A stretch of DNA of 64,000 nucleotides, taken from Chamaesiphon sp. GTDB taxonomy: Bacteria > Cyanobacteriota > Cyanobacteriia > Cyanobacteriales > Chamaesiphonaceae. Below the pieces are notes generated by a model. The model did no database searches. It worked only from the letters and a program-made list of their open reading frames with translations, and had not been told where the DNA came from. Location: positions 27,306 to 91,305 of the forward strand of contig CBDFFH010000053.1 of assembly GCA_965246715.1 (NCBI GenBank). Reading direction: 5' to 3'. The translations under genes and the position numbers were made by a program. Each line of letters starts with the position of its first letter. The first letter of the stretch is position 1. Shown here piece after piece: positions 41,245 through 52,531 of this stretch.

Positions 41245-42810
41245 TCATAACGATGCCAAACGAAAGATGCGAAGCGGTTGATCTTGTCCTTTAACAGACT
41301 GAGGCGGTAAGGCTTCTGTCGCGATCGTGGCAGCGATTTTTTGTTGCGTGGCAGCGGTGATTAACAGCGTTTCCCCCACTGCTTTGGTCAGCGATTCGAC
41401 TCGCGAGGCAATGTTTACCGTGTGCCCGATCGCGGTGTACTCTAACCGCCGACTGGAACCAATACTACCCACAACAGCAGTGCCAGTATGAATGCCAATG
41501 CCCATACTTAAAGGTGCTAAACCTTTAAGTGCCAACTGGTGGTTGATTGCTTGCAAGCTTTCCAGCATTGATCGTGCCGCTGCCACCGCTTGCAGCGCAT
41601 GGTTGCCGTCTGCTTCCCCGACGCCAAACAAGGCCATAAACCCATCTCCCAAAAACTTATTCACCATGCCTCGCTGTTGTTCTACGATGTCCACCATTTC
41701 TGTGAGAAACAGATTCAGCAGCATCACAATATGTTCAGGAGATTCTTCAGAACAGCGACGAGTGAAGTCTCTGAGGTCTGCAAACATCACCGTTAATTCT
41801 TGCTCAATGCCACCCAACCGGGGATCTCGTTGCAAAATTTGAATCGCCGCTTGTTCCCCCACATGACGACCAAAGGTTTCTTGCAAGACTTGCTTTTCTT
41901 TTAACTCGCCAATCATGTGATTAATTTCGTCAATCAAAGGGCCAAATTCATCCGCTCGCAAGGTGGCAATGCGGATTTTTAGATCGCCCTCCGCCACCGC
42001 AGTGGCTACGTGCTTCAGCTCTTTGATGGGTTCAACCACAAGCTGACCTACCATCCAGGCACTCGTTAAGCTACACACCATGCCGATCGCTCCCACCGCC
42101 AGGGCAAAACCCACATCCTTCATTGCACAAGTATGAGGAGCGATCGTCAGCACCAGCAGGGAAGCGATCGGGCAAATGCTACCAGCAAAGGCATGAAACA
42201 ACCCCCGCAACCGCAAAGACAGTGGAAAAGCGCCGGGCGTGCGATAGGGGCGGACATTTTGAAACAGAATGGGATACAACAGGCGTTGCGTGAGTAATTC
42301 GATGGTAAAAAAGCTATGGGTGAGCGCAATCAGGGCTGCAATGATAAAAGAAATGGGCAAATCCCAGTACAAGGAGGGGCGCAAGGTTCCGGGTGCCTTC
42401 GCTAGCGCCACTAGAAAGACCGGAATACAGCACAGCCACAAGGCACCGGCGATCGCCATGCCCCACCAGGGCAAATTAATCACTCGTTGTTGCGCTTTGA
42501 GTAGCGTCTGTGGAGCGATCGCCTGTTGTGTCATAACTTGCTGATAGGGGTGTACGAGTGAGAGTGTCACCTTTAACCAAACGGCAACCCCTGCTGTATA
42601 GGCGATCGGGTTGTAAATGGCCACAGTGCTCCAAAATGCTGCCAGTTGAGCTTCACTGAGCAGGGGTTGAACGTAGGCGAAGTTGTACCAAATATTGAAC
42701 ACGCTCCCCAACAACTGAGCCAGAACAGGTGCTCCAACCACCCAGCCTATGCGATGCCCAATGGGTTTAAGCCAGGGCTGCTTCAAACCAATTTCCTGCC
42801 CAAAAGCCAT
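41245..42810 (-). CDS. Membrane-bound class III adenylate cyclase with HAMP domain
   Basis: Six TMs, HAMP (DEFGPL), FADLRDFT, NKFLGDG, GIGIHTG, EYTAIGHTVNIASRVE. Confidence 0.9.
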   Translation of the reverse strand: MAFGQEIGLKQPWLKPIGHRIGWVVGAPVLAQLLGSVFNIWYNFAYVQPLLSEAQLAAFWSTVAIYNPIAYTAGVAVWLKVTLSLVHPYQQVMTQQAIAPQTLLKAQQRVINLPWWGMAIAGALWLCCIPVFLVALAKAPGTLRPSLYWDLPISFIIAALIALTHSFFTIELLTQRLLYPILFQNVRPYRTPGAFPLSLRLRGLFHAFAGSICPIASLLVLTIAPHTCAMKDVGFALAVGAIGMVCSLTSAWMVGQLVVEPIKELKHVATAVAEGDLKIRIATLRADEFGPLIDEINHMIGELKEKQVLQETFGRHVGEQAAIQILQRDPRLGGIEQELTVMFADLRDFTRRCSEESPEHIVMLLNLFLTEMVDIVEQQRGMVNKFLGDGFMALFGVGEADGNHALQAVAAARSMLESLQAINHQLALKGLAPLSMGIGIHTGTAVVGSIGSSRRLEYTAIGHTVNIASRVESLTKAVGETLLITAATQQKIAATIATEALPPQSVKGQDQPLRIFRLASL

Positions 42811-42849
42811 AAGCGTCTCTCAGCGAATTGAATGTCGTTGCATTGTCTC

Positions 42850-43070
42850 TCTGCACCACATGCAAGAACAACGATCGAGTCAGGACTCGCCAAGTGGATG
42901 TTCCCATTGCTTGTGCTGCTTCTACAAATAACTCATTTTTAACGCTGGCGGTCTGATTATGTACCAATCAGAACTATGGGGGAATGGCAGCAAAACTCAG
43001 AGCAATCGCCGCCTTTAGCACACCCCGTCCCCGCACAAACGCCAGCGTCACAGCAATCAGCAAGATGCTT
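42850..43070 (-). pseudogene. DppC-type ABC permease fragment
   Basis: VTLAFVRGRGVLKAAIALSFAAIPP*F*LVHNQTASVKNELFVEAAQAMG: EAA motif with two in-frame stops. Confidence 0.75.
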
Positions 43071-43301
43071 AAACGTTGTTTTTGGGTCGTTTGCTACATA
43101 AACCCGAGTTGGTGTGAGAAATTCAGTGACTTTCATCACGGTGGGCGAGTGATAGGTGAAGTGAGGTGAGGTGGCTTGTATCACTCGGTTTGAGTGGGCA
43201 AACTCACCGTTTGTAGTCGATAAGCATCACCTCTCACCAAATAAAATCCTGGGATTATGAAGCCTGTCAGGACAAAACAAACGCCCCCAAGGAAAAAATC
43301 A

Positions 43302-43520
43302 ATGCAACTCATCGATCGTGGTTCCAGCTTCACTTTTCAGCCTGCTAGCACCTCATTGCCCAAAGCAGGTCTGAAAGCACCTCAAACTCTGATCTATCGC
43401 GGCTCTGTTTGCACGTATCGCAAACTTTCCAATGAGGCTCAAGCTGATCCAAAAGTGGTGAACTGGCGGTTCGCTCAAGTCTGTCAGGTCGCTAACACAC
43501 TTTCCGCAGCACACATCTAA
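43302..43520 (+). CDS. DUF4278-like small protein
   Basis: MQLIDRG..F, LIYRG, VNWRF; AAGGA RBS. Confidence 0.65.
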   Translation: MQLIDRGSSFTFQPASTSLPKAGLKAPQTLIYRGSVCTYRKLSNEAQADPKVVNWRFAQVCQVANTLSAAHI

Positions 43521-43645
43521 ATCGCAGTCATACTCCCAGGAGACTGCCATTATTTCCGGCATCCTGTCTCGTTGCGGCTGCCATCGTTGTGGCATTCACA
43601 CATCACTCTCTGACCACCACACTTTACACCTATACGGATCGACTG

Positions 43646-45379
43646 ATGGATTTCTTCAACTCTTGCGACTTAAAAGCGCTGCAATCGGCTGGTATTGGAT
43701 CTGCAAGCATTGACAAAACAGGTTGGCAGGCACCGCTGGGCGATCGCCCCAGTGCGACCAGTCAACTCCTAGATGGCACGATCGCGAGTCTGGGACGCTC
43801 TAGCGCTATCGCCAGTGCAGCGGCTCCACTGCTGGTTGTCACCAGTACGGCGGACACGATCAATGCGAATGACAATGTCCTCACGTTACGGGAAGCGATT
43901 CAAGCGGCTAATGACCGTCCGGGGTTGGATACAATTACCTTTGACGCGATCGCCTTTGCCGGGGCGCAAACCATTACTTTGACGGCTGGGCAACTGATCA
44001 TTAACGACAGCCTGCTCTTGCAGGGCACGGGTGTGAATCGGCTGACCATCAGCGGCGATGCTAATCAGAATGGCATCCTTGATGCTGGGGACAAGCGGCT
44101 GTTTTTTGTGAATCAGGGCAGCGTTGAGTTGAGAGACCTGAGGCTGGCGCAAGGCGGTGCGGGCAGTGACGGGGCTGGCGGTGGGGCTGGCATGAGTGGT
44201 GCGTTGTTTATCAACGGCGGCACGGTCAGTCTCAACACGGTCAATGTTCAGAATAACCGGGCGATCGGCGGCGCTGGTGGGACTGTTGCGCCTTTGAGTC
44301 GAGGGGGTGGTGGCGGCGGCTTTGGCAGTGGTGGCGGTGGCAGCGCCGGCAGTGGTGGCAGTTTTGCGGGGAACGGCGGCAAAGGCAACGCGTTGGAGAA
44401 TATTACTCGTGACGGCGGCGGCGGTGGTGGTGGTGCAGGGCTGGGCGGCGCGATTTTTGTTCGCAGCGGTTCCCTGACCGTTACCAATACGACCTTCCGC
44501 GACAATACCGCTACTGGCGGTTTGGGTGGCAGAGCCTTCAGAGATGGCGAGGCTGGGACGAACGGACAGGGAAAAGGCGGCGCGATTTTTGTCCATCAAG
44601 GCGCGATCGCGAATTTTACCTCCAGCGTTAGCTTTACCAACAACACGGCAGCCGATGCCAGCAGCAGCAGTACAGATAATGGGAATCTCTTTGGTGCCGC
44701 TCAGCCCGTATTCACGATCGCCAATCTCGCTAAATTAGAGGGCAACAGCGGCGACACCGCCTTTGAATTCACGGTTCAGCTCAGTGCTCCGGTGAGCGAT
44801 CGCTCAATCACGGTCAACTACGCCACCGCAGACGGCACGGCAACTGCAGGCAATGACTACCATGCTTTGAATGGACAGCTTACCTTTGCGCCCAACGAAA
44901 CGCAGAAAACCATTCGCGTCCTCGTTAAGGGAGACACCCTGAATGAAACCAACTAAACCTTTGCGTTGAAATTACTCAACTCAAGCTCTGGCGCGATCGC
45001 CGTTAATCAAGCAACCGCTACGATCCTCAATGACGACGTTCCCAAACTCACAATCAAAGACGTGACACGCACTGAAGGTAACTACGGCAGGACGGCTTTC
45101 AATTTTGTAGTCAACCTGGATATGTCCAGTGTGCAACCGATTACGGTCGATTACGCCACGAGCAACGGTAGCGCGATCGTGGGCGACTATATTGGCACTC
45201 GTAATACACTCACCTTTGCCCCCGGTGAAACCAGCAAAACCATCAAAGTTGATGTGATTGGGGATTTAATTAAAGAGTCTAACGAAACGTTCTTTGTCAA
45301 TCTCTCTAATCCAGTCAATGTTGAGCTGATCAACAGTCGCAGCACTGGCACGATCATTGACGATGACATAAGAATTTGA
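43646..45379 (+). pseudogene. CSLREA/Gly-rich/Calx-beta surface protein with an in-frame stop
   Basis: VTSTAD..LTLREAI, poly-Gly beta-helix, two Calx-beta domains. TAA at 44954 where NETNETF is expected; the same frame continues to 45379. Confidence 0.8.
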
Positions 45380-45403
45380 GTAGTTCACGGCGATTGAGTA
45401 GGA

Positions 45404-45434
45404 GTGAGACAGCTAATGTTGTCTCACCTTTTTT
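45404..45434 (+). terminator. Intrinsic terminator
   Basis: GTGAGACAGC/GTTGTCTCAC stem plus T6. Confidence 0.7.
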
Positions 45435-45569
45435 CTGGTTGGGTGGCGATCGCCCCGCATAACCCTTGCACCTCGCCCGCAGAACTGTTTAAGAGATACA
45501 CCACTGGATTCACTCTTCACTTTTCTCTTTTGAACACTTAGGAATGAGAATTAAATAACACCAACTTTT

Positions 45570-45646
45570 GTAGGATGTGTTGGCGATAGCCGTAACGCAT
45601 CACAACCCCCGAAGGCAATGCGTTACGCTGCGCTAACACATCCTAC
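45570..45646. repeat. GTAG-type REP doublet (REPIN-like)
   Basis: GTAGGATGTGTTGGCG..CGTAACGCAT / ATGCGTTACG..CGCTAACACATCCTAC; weaker outer IRs about 45537-45682. Confidence 0.8.
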
Positions 45647-45695
45647 GCAAGTATGCGGTTTTATTAAATCCACGATCCTTAGAAGGACGCAACCA

Positions 45696-47537
45696 ATGGA
45701 CTTTCTGCACGCCCTTACGTCTAGACCATCTCCCCTGATGGAGCGATCGCTGCTCATGCCAACTTCCACCCATTCGTTGCACGATCCGCTTGCGGAAATG
45801 AGCACTAATCGCGCCAGTCAGCCCGGTTCACACAGCATTACCTTTATCGACTCGTCTGCTCCCGACTATGAGTTTCTCGCTAGTAGTGTCCGAGCTGGAA
45901 CGGAAGTCTATGTGCTGGATGCTGCCCAGGATGCGATCGCCCAAATTACCCAGGTACTCAGCGGGCGCAGCGGAATTTCCAGCCTGAACATTGTCTCCCA
46001 CGGTGAAGTTGGCAGCATTGATTTTGCCTCGCTGCGGCTGGATCAGCAGGGACTCGATCGCTACGCCAGCACCCTGCAAACCTGGTCTAACGCGCTTACC
46101 CAGGATGCCGATATTGTCCTGTATGGCTGCGATATTGCCCAGGGACTGCAAGGTGAAACCTTTGTGCGCCAACTCAGCGTTCTGACCGGAGCCGATGTGG
46201 CCGCCTCCAATGATTTAACCGGCAGTGCCCAGCTTGGCGGCGACTGGGAATTGGAATTTAGCACGGGCAGCATTGAGACGGGCAGCCTGTATGAGCCGTG
46301 GGCCCAGGCAGCGTACAACCATGTGCTGGCTACCTTTGCCGTCATCAACACTAACGACAGCGGGGCAGGCTCTCTGCGCCAGGCCATTCTGGATGCAAAC
46401 ACACTGGCAGGCGCAGACGAAATCATCTTCCAGCTTGGCGGTGGAGCACAAACGATCACGCTCACCTCTGGGCAATTGGACATCGCTGGCGACCTGACGA
46501 TTACCGGCACTGGACGCAACAACCTCACCATTAGTGGCAACAACGCCTCCCGTATGTTTCAGATTAATTCTGGCATCAACGCCACCCTGACAGGACTCAC
46601 CATTGCCGATGGTACAGCCTTTACCGGGGGTGGACTGCAGAATCAAGGCAAATTAGAAATCCGCAACAGCACCTTCAAGAACAACAGTTCGGTGAATGGC
46701 AGCGCGATCGCCAATGGACTATTTTCAGGTGACAATTCTGCGGTCACGCTTACCGTAGACAACGTTCTCTTCACCGAAAACCAGGGCGGTTTAGGTGGAG
46801 CGCTGAATAACTTTGCCACGGCTACCGTCCGCCGCAGCACCTTCAGCAACAACACCTCCAGCGAATCGGGCGGAATTTTTAATCAGGGAAGCGGCACGCT
46901 GCTGGTGGAGCGATCGACCTTCAGCAACAATTCTGCTGGGGCAGGGGGTGGCATTAGAAGCAATGGTAACCTGACGGTTCGCAACAGCACCTTTAGCAAC
47001 AATCAAGTGTCCAGTACTGGGGGCGGTATTGCGGTGACATCGAGTGCGGCAACCACGGTTGTAGAGGGTTCAACCTTCAGTGGCAATTCTGCTGAAACCG
47101 GGGGTGGACTGTACAACTTCGGCACGCTCACCCTCAGCAACAGCACCTTCACAACCAATACAGCAACCAGGGGCGGTGGCTTTTTCAATCAGGGCAGAAC
47201 TACAACGGTCAGCTACAGCCGCTTTACAAACAACACCGCGACAGGTGATGGGGGCGGCATCTACAACCAGAGCTTTGCGCCAGACGGAATCCTGAAACTG
47301 GAATTTAGTCAAGTAGATAACAACACAGCGGCAAACGGGGGTGGCATCTTCAATGCCGCTGGCAACACGGTACGAGTCAAAGCTAGCCGAATTCGCCAGA
47401 ACCTGCTGGCAGATCCAACGGTGGGCGTGGGAGCCGATTTGAATGGCACCTTCATCAGTGAAGGCGGCAACCAGATTGGCGATGCGCTGGGCAGCACCGG
47501 CTTCCTGAACCGCAGACTGGGCGATCGCGTCAGTTAA
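45696..47537 (+). CDS. DUF4347 plus Pmp-like beta-helix surface protein
   Basis: FIDS, IVSHG..G, LYGCDIA, GADVAASND.TG..GGDW.LE, DSGAGSLRQAI, many GGGI/FxxN repeats. Confidence 0.85.
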   Translation: MDFLHALTSRPSPLMERSLLMPTSTHSLHDPLAEMSTNRASQPGSHSITFIDSSAPDYEFLASSVRAGTEVYVLDAAQDAIAQITQVLSGRSGISSLNIVSHGEVGSIDFASLRLDQQGLDRYASTLQTWSNALTQDADIVLYGCDIAQGLQGETFVRQLSVLTGADVAASNDLTGSAQLGGDWELEFSTGSIETGSLYEPWAQAAYNHVLATFAVINTNDSGAGSLRQAILDANTLAGADEIIFQLGGGAQTITLTSGQLDIAGDLTITGTGRNNLTISGNNASRMFQINSGINATLTGLTIADGTAFTGGGLQNQGKLEIRNSTFKNNSSVNGSAIANGLFSGDNSAVTLTVDNVLFTENQGGLGGALNNFATATVRRSTFSNNTSSESGGIFNQGSGTLLVERSTFSNNSAGAGGGIRSNGNLTVRNSTFSNNQVSSTGGGIAVTSSAATTVVEGSTFSGNSAETGGGLYNFGTLTLSNSTFTTNTATRGGGFFNQGRTTTVSYSRFTNNTATGDGGGIYNQSFAPDGILKLEFSQVDNNTAANGGGIFNAAGNTVRVKASRIRQNLLADPTVGVGADLNGTFISEGGNQIGDALGSTGFLNRRLGDRVS

Positions 47538-47753
47538 CCCTACTCCTCACCCCCCTTCGGAGTTGCAGAAATAGGTGTGCAGCAGGGAACAAACGGCACC
47601 GTAGCCAGGGAGTTCAGTGTAATAGTGGCTGGTGTGGGATGGAGAGTCAACAGATTCAGGTGCGATCGCCATCCTCCACCTCTGCGACTACCCATCCTCC
47701 ACCTGAATGAGCCAATCTAATCGTTTTCACCTGACCGATGTGTGACGACTCAC

Positions 47754-49198
47754 CTATGGGCAGGCAGGCACATTGGCAATAAAGTCAAAGCCTCTTGGAG
47801 AAGATAGGCTCGCTGGCCGCTGAAAGGTGTTGCTATTAAGAAATACCTGCTCGGGTGTTCCCACTAAGGAGAAGGTATGATCGGGAACATTTGCCACATT
47901 GTCCAGCACCACATTACTAGAAATTGCGAAGGTATTGCCGGTCAGGTTGAGGCAGAGCGTTTGGGAAACACCCGGACTGGCGGTGGTTTGGGCTTGAAAA
48001 ACGGGAGAAGTTGCACCCGGGGTAAAGGTATTTTGGCGGACATTGGCAGAGAGATCGGGCGTGCCTAAGAGAATCACACTCGCAGTGCTCAGATCAATCC
48101 CCCGCAAGCCATTGGTGTTGATGATATTACGATCGATCGCCACTCTTGCCGTTGTACTGCCCCGCGCCTGTACCTGAACGCCGTTTTGCCCATTGTTGGC
48201 GATCGTATTGTCCTGAATCGTGCCCGTCAATCGGGCTGTCGTAGGGTTCGTGATGGGAATTGCTTGCAATCCTAAGCGAATATCAATGCCTTCATCGCCG
48301 TTATTGCGAATCGTGTTGTTTTCGATCAGCAGATTATTCACCACCGCATCTTGTTCTAAACCAATCGCGATTCCATCCCCCCGCACCGGAGTAGCACCGC
48401 CGTTATTCTCGATCGTATTGCTGGAAAGGGTGATATTCGCGGTGGCTGCCGTTGTGGTGCCGCTCGGTCTGCCAAACCAATCAGAACGCCATCATTGAAG
48501 TTGGTGCGAATCTGATTATTCGTAATGTTGAGGTTTACCTGTCCGGCAAAATTGGCGATCGCAATTCCCTGACCGCTGTCGATCGTCGTGCCTGCGCGAG
48601 TGCCGATAACACTGTTATCCGTAATGTTGGCGCTGCCAACATTTTGTAGATAGATGCCTTGATCTTGAGCCGAAATAATTTGGTTGCGGAGCAGGTTTGC
48701 GGTTGCCACTCCATTGCCTAAAACTCCAGCATTGGCAGTATTGCGAATCAAGTTATCTCGAACCTCAACGCCATTGACGTTGGTAAAGGCGACACCGGGG
48801 CCAGTCGCACTGGCGATCGTAAAGCCCGACAATACCGTGTCACTTCGCATTGTGACCGTGCCGTTGACTGCCGGAAAGACTCCACTGCCAGAGAGAGGAA
48901 TCTGGAATCCTGGCAAGGGCTGACCATTGAGAGCTGCTGCCAGAGGTTGAATCGGTCCAGTAGAAAGGACTTGAACGCGATCAGGAATAGTGAATGCCGG
49001 AATGCCGGGATTGCTCCCTGCCTGTACATAGACGATCGCATTGTCATCTGATCGCGTCGCATTTAACGCCGACTGGACAATGCCAAATGGATTTTCAAAG
49101 GAGCCATTGCCGCCACTGGCTCCTAACGTGACGTGCTGAAAGACGTAGGGTTGACCTGTGGTCGGATTGGTCAGAAATATATTGAAGGGGCTACTGGT
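47754..49198 (-). pseudogene. Right-handed beta-helix protein, 5'-truncated and frameshifted
   Basis: NPTTGQPY.FQHV..GNGSFENPF, NxIxxN repeats; frameshift near 48468; 5' end abuts the IS701 remnant. Confidence 0.75.
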
Positions 49199-49202
49199 AT
49201 TT

Positions 49203-49886
49203 TCAACTATCGTCTGAATGACAAAGATGATGGCAAAACGAAGCATGATTATTTTCGCGAGATGTTGGCTGAGGTGCTTGGCTGGGGACTCAAACCAACG
49301 GTGATCACCGCCGATAGTTGGTATGCTTGTGTGGAAACCCTTACACTCCTGAAACACCAGGAATGGGGGTTTCTCTTTGCCATTGAAAGCAATCGCTTGG
49401 TCGCGCTTGAGGCAGGACTTTATGTACCCGTCCAGAGTTTAGCGATTCCCCCGTCTGGACTGGTGGTGCAACTCAAACAGGTAGGCGTCGTCAAGCTTTT
49501 TCGCACGCTCTTCAAAGACGAAGACCGTCACTATATCTTGTCTCTGCCAGACGAAACGGAACTGGAAACCGTCACAGAAGCACGGTTTAAGCATCTGCAT
49601 GACCATCATTGGGGCATTGAACAGTTTCATCGCGCCGTGAAACAGGTGTGCAATATCGAGCGGTTTCACGTTAGAGATCGCAATGCCATCCAGGCGCACA
49701 TCTTCAGTGACTTGAGAGCATTTGTGCAACTGGAGTGTAAACGAGCCGCAGGAGGCATTCTTAACTGGTATGAGGTGAAACGCAACTTATTCAATCCCCT
49801 CATCGCCTCATTCATTCAAGACCACCTGGCACAGTTAGCTGATGTTTAGCCCACATCTCAGCGATTTTGTCAATGCGTAAGTTCTA
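49203..49886 (+). mobile_element. IS701-family transposase 3' remnant with probable right end
   Basis: NYR..DK.DGKTK.DYFREML, ADSWY, HWGIEQFHRAVKQVCNIE; end ATGCGTAAGTTCTA. Confidence 0.85.
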
Positions 49887-49929
49887 CATCAGTCAAAGTC
49901 AGATTAAATCACTTTTTTTGCTTCACCCC

Positions 49930-49961
49930 TTGACCCTGACGCAGCGTGAGGTTTTTAGCAT
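49930..49961 (+). promoter_or_regulatory. MerR-type promoter with tipA-like dyad
   Basis: TTGACC, 20-nt spacer, TAGCAT; dyad CCTGACGC-A-GCGTGAGG across the spacer. Confidence 0.75.
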
Positions 49962-50017
49962 AGATTCATTCACGAATTGAGATGATCTGGAAGCAGGAAG
50001 CGGGAAGGAGGAAGTAG

Positions 50018-50266
50018 ATGCAACCTGTTGCCTTAAAGGTGGGTGATCTTGCTAAACAAACGAGAGTCTCGGTGTGGACGTTGCACTATTACGACGAGAT
50101 CGGCTTACTCTCGCCCTCTCACCGGACTGAAGCAGGCTATCGGCTGTATAGCGAAGATGATATCATTCGCTTGCAGTAAATTGTGTCACTGCGACAAATC
50201 GGCTTTTCGCTAGAGCAAATTCGAGAGTGCCTGGAGCAGAATTTTCACGCCGCGATCGGGCGTTGA
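50018..50266 (+). pseudogene. MerR (TipA/Mta-like) regulator remnant
   Basis: MQPVALKVGDLAKQTRVSVWTLHYYDEIGLLSPSHRTEAGYRLYSEDDIIRLQ*IVSLRQIGFSLEQI; stop at 50177; effector domain missing. Confidence 0.85.
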
Positions 50267-50350
50267 TTATCATGTCCGGAAATGGCGAGACAGTAAGTGA
50301 AACACCCGTTAGAGTCAAGGTGTTGTGATGTTCAACACTGAGAAGGCTGG

Positions 50351-51865
50351 GTGCTTAGAATGCTAGATGTCGATTGCTGTTATCAAGCTGTTTTGACTCA
50401 CGATGTTCGCTTCGATGGCGTGTTTTTTATCGGCGTTTCCACCACTCGCATTTACTGTCGCACTGTTTGCCCTGCTAAAACTCCCCAGCAAAAAAATTGC
50501 ACCTTCTACCCCAGTGCGGCAGCAGCAGAACAGGCAGGGTTTCGCCCGTGCTTACGCTGTCGCCCAGAGTTAGCTCCTGGCAAGGCACGGATTGATGCCA
50601 CTGGACGCTTAGCCTCAGCCGTTGCGAGTCGGATTGAGCATGGGACGTTCATTGAGCAACGATTCGAGGATCTTGCCCAGTCATTGGGCGTGAGTGAACG
50701 ACATCTGCGCCGAGTTGTGCAACAGGAATTAGGGGTCTCGCCCATCGAATTGGTGCAAACCCAGCGCCTGTTGCTGGCAAAACGGCTGTTAACCGATACA
50801 ACGTTACCGATCGCAGATATTGCCTATGCTAGTGGTTTCGGTAGTCTGCGACGTTTTAACGCGCTCTTCCGAGAGCGTTACCGCTTAAATCCGACGCAAC
50901 TACGGAAAACTCAAACGACTGAAATCGCTCCAGATTATCTCACTTGCGACGTTGCCTATCGTCCTCCACTGGATTGGCAAGCCTTACTGAACTATCTGGT
51001 AGAACGTGCGATCGCAGGGGTGGAAACGGTTGACGGCGGTAGCGAAAGCGCTGACTTGCCACGCTATTTACGCACCGTTCGTCAGGGGCAACAACATGGA
51101 TGGCTTTTGGTTGAACCCGTTAATGGGAAGAATGTGTTGCGAGTGAAACTTTCACTCTCGTTGGTGCCATTCATACACTCAACTTTGGCGCGGGTTAAAG
51201 CCCTTTTTGACCTGGCGGCTGAGCCTCAACAGATTGCCGAACATTTGGGGGCGTTGGCGGCGACCCATCCAGGTCTGCGCGTTCCCGGTGCCTTTGACGG
51301 CTTTGAAGTTGCCGTGCGTGCGATTCTCGGACAACAGGTGAGCGTTAAAGCCGCAACAACGCTGATGAAACGCTTTGTTCAATGCTTTGGAGAACCAATT
51401 ACAACCCCTTTTTCAACGCTGACCCACCTCATGCCTACCGCCGAGCAGATTGCCCAAACCGACATCAATACGATCGTATCCTTGGGAATCTTGAGAACAC
51501 GAGCAAAATCGATCTTAGCGTTGGCACAGGCGATAGCAACCCAAGCGCTTTCCTTAAACCCTGGATGTCAGATTGACCAGACGATCGCCCAATTGCAAGC
51601 AATTCCTGGCATTGGGGTCTGGACGGCTCACTACATTGCCATGCGGGTTCTCGCTGACCCAGATATCTTCCTCCACACCGATCTGGGGATTCGGCAAGCA
51701 TGCGGTGAAACAAACCCTAAGCGCATGTTAGCGATCGCTGCTCAATGGCAACCGTGGCGATCGTATGCAACCTTCCATCTCTGGCAATCCTTGAAGCAAG
51801 GAAATGGTTTGATCCCGGAAACCGTTCAAAACAAGATGACTGCATTAAAGGTAGCAACTCGATGA
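50351..51865 (+). CDS. alkA: AdaA-AlkA fusion (Ada Zn domain, AraC HTH, 3-methyladenine glycosylase II)
   Basis: [15 protein letters not shown], Ara[13 protein letters not shown], Hh[18 protein letters not shown]. Confidence 0.92.
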   Translation: MLRMLDVDCCYQAVLTHDVRFDGVFFIGVSTTRIYCRTVCPAKTPQQKNCTFYPSAAAAEQAGFRPCLRCRPELAPGKARIDATGRLASAVASRIEHGTFIEQRFEDLAQSLGVSERHLRRVVQQELGVSPIELVQTQRLLLAKRLLTDTTLPIADIAYASGFGSLRRFNALFRERYRLNPTQLRKTQTTEIAPDYLTCDVAYRPPLDWQALLNYLVERAIAGVETVDGGSESADLPRYLRTVRQGQQHGWLLVEPVNGKNVLRVKLSLSLVPFIHSTLARVKALFDLAAEPQQIAEHLGALAATHPGLRVPGAFDGFEVAVRAILGQQVSVKAATTLMKRFVQCFGEPITTPFSTLTHLMPTAEQIAQTDINTIVSLGILRTRAKSILALAQAIATQALSLNPGCQIDQTIAQLQAIPGIGVWTAHYIAMRVLADPDIFLHTDLGIRQACGETNPKRMLAIAAQWQPWRSYATFHLWQSLKQGNGLIPETVQNKMTALKVATR

Positions 51866-52365
51866 TTTACTTCACGTTTTATGAAAGCCCCATTCAATCG
51901 CTGCGGCTAGTCTCCGACGGTCGATCGCTGCTTGGACTCTACATGATGTCTGAAAAGCATCATCTGAATGCTCACAGCGATTGGCTGGAAGATGAGACTG
52001 TTGCACCCTTTGCAGAAACGAAGCAACAACTGACAGCCTATTTTGCTGGCACCTTGACCGAGTTTGATCTGCCGTTGCAGATGTCAGGCACCCCCTTTCA
52101 GCAACGAGTTTGGGATGCACTCAAAACCATTCCTTACGGAGCAACAATGTCCTACGGAGCCTTAGCGCAGCAAATCGGTCAACCCACAGCCTCCCGTGCG
52201 GTTGGTTTATCCAATGGTCGGAATCCGGTGTCGATCGTCGTGCCCTGTCACCGTGTGATTAGCACCACTGGTAAGTTAACGGGCTATGGCGGCGGACTTG
52301 AGCGCAAACAGTGGTTACTTGATCACGAGCGCTTAAGCCGCATGAAACAGCAAGGCAATGGCTAA
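51862..52365 (+). CDS. ogt: O6-methylguanine-DNA methyltransferase
   Basis: [32 protein letters not shown] overlap with alkA. Confidence 0.93.
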   Translation: MIYFTFYESPIQSLRLVSDGRSLLGLYMMSEKHHLNAHSDWLEDETVAPFAETKQQLTAYFAGTLTEFDLPLQMSGTPFQQRVWDALKTIPYGATMSYGALAQQIGQPTASRAVGLSNGRNPVSIVVPCHRVISTTGKLTGYGGGLERKQWLLDHERLSRMKQQGNG

Positions 52366-52531
52366 GGACGTTATCAGGGGGAGCCGAAGTCGTTTAAAAA
52401 GCAGTCGATTCAGCAATGTCTGGTTTAAAGTGAACTCGATAATTAGACATCCCGACTGACCCTCACTGCCAAGTCAAAGATTCTGGGATTTGTTTGGTTG
52501 GTAGACAGTTCCTTTGAGAAGAGGTTGAGCG

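Noticed and set aside
43130..43300. Glutamine riboswitch before the DUF4278-like gene
   Set aside because: Hairpins exist (CGAGTGATA/TATCACTCG) but I could not find the conserved CGTT..GGAAGTA..GAAG.AACG core; an Infernal search would settle it
45618..45695. N-terminal extension of the DUF4347 protein
   Set aside because: Lies inside the REP element; ATG 45696 has an AAGGA RBS
48356..49849. ORFs 48356-49357(-) and 49133-49849(+) as complete overlapping genes
   Set aside because: Each N-terminus is antisense read-through of the other truncated gene
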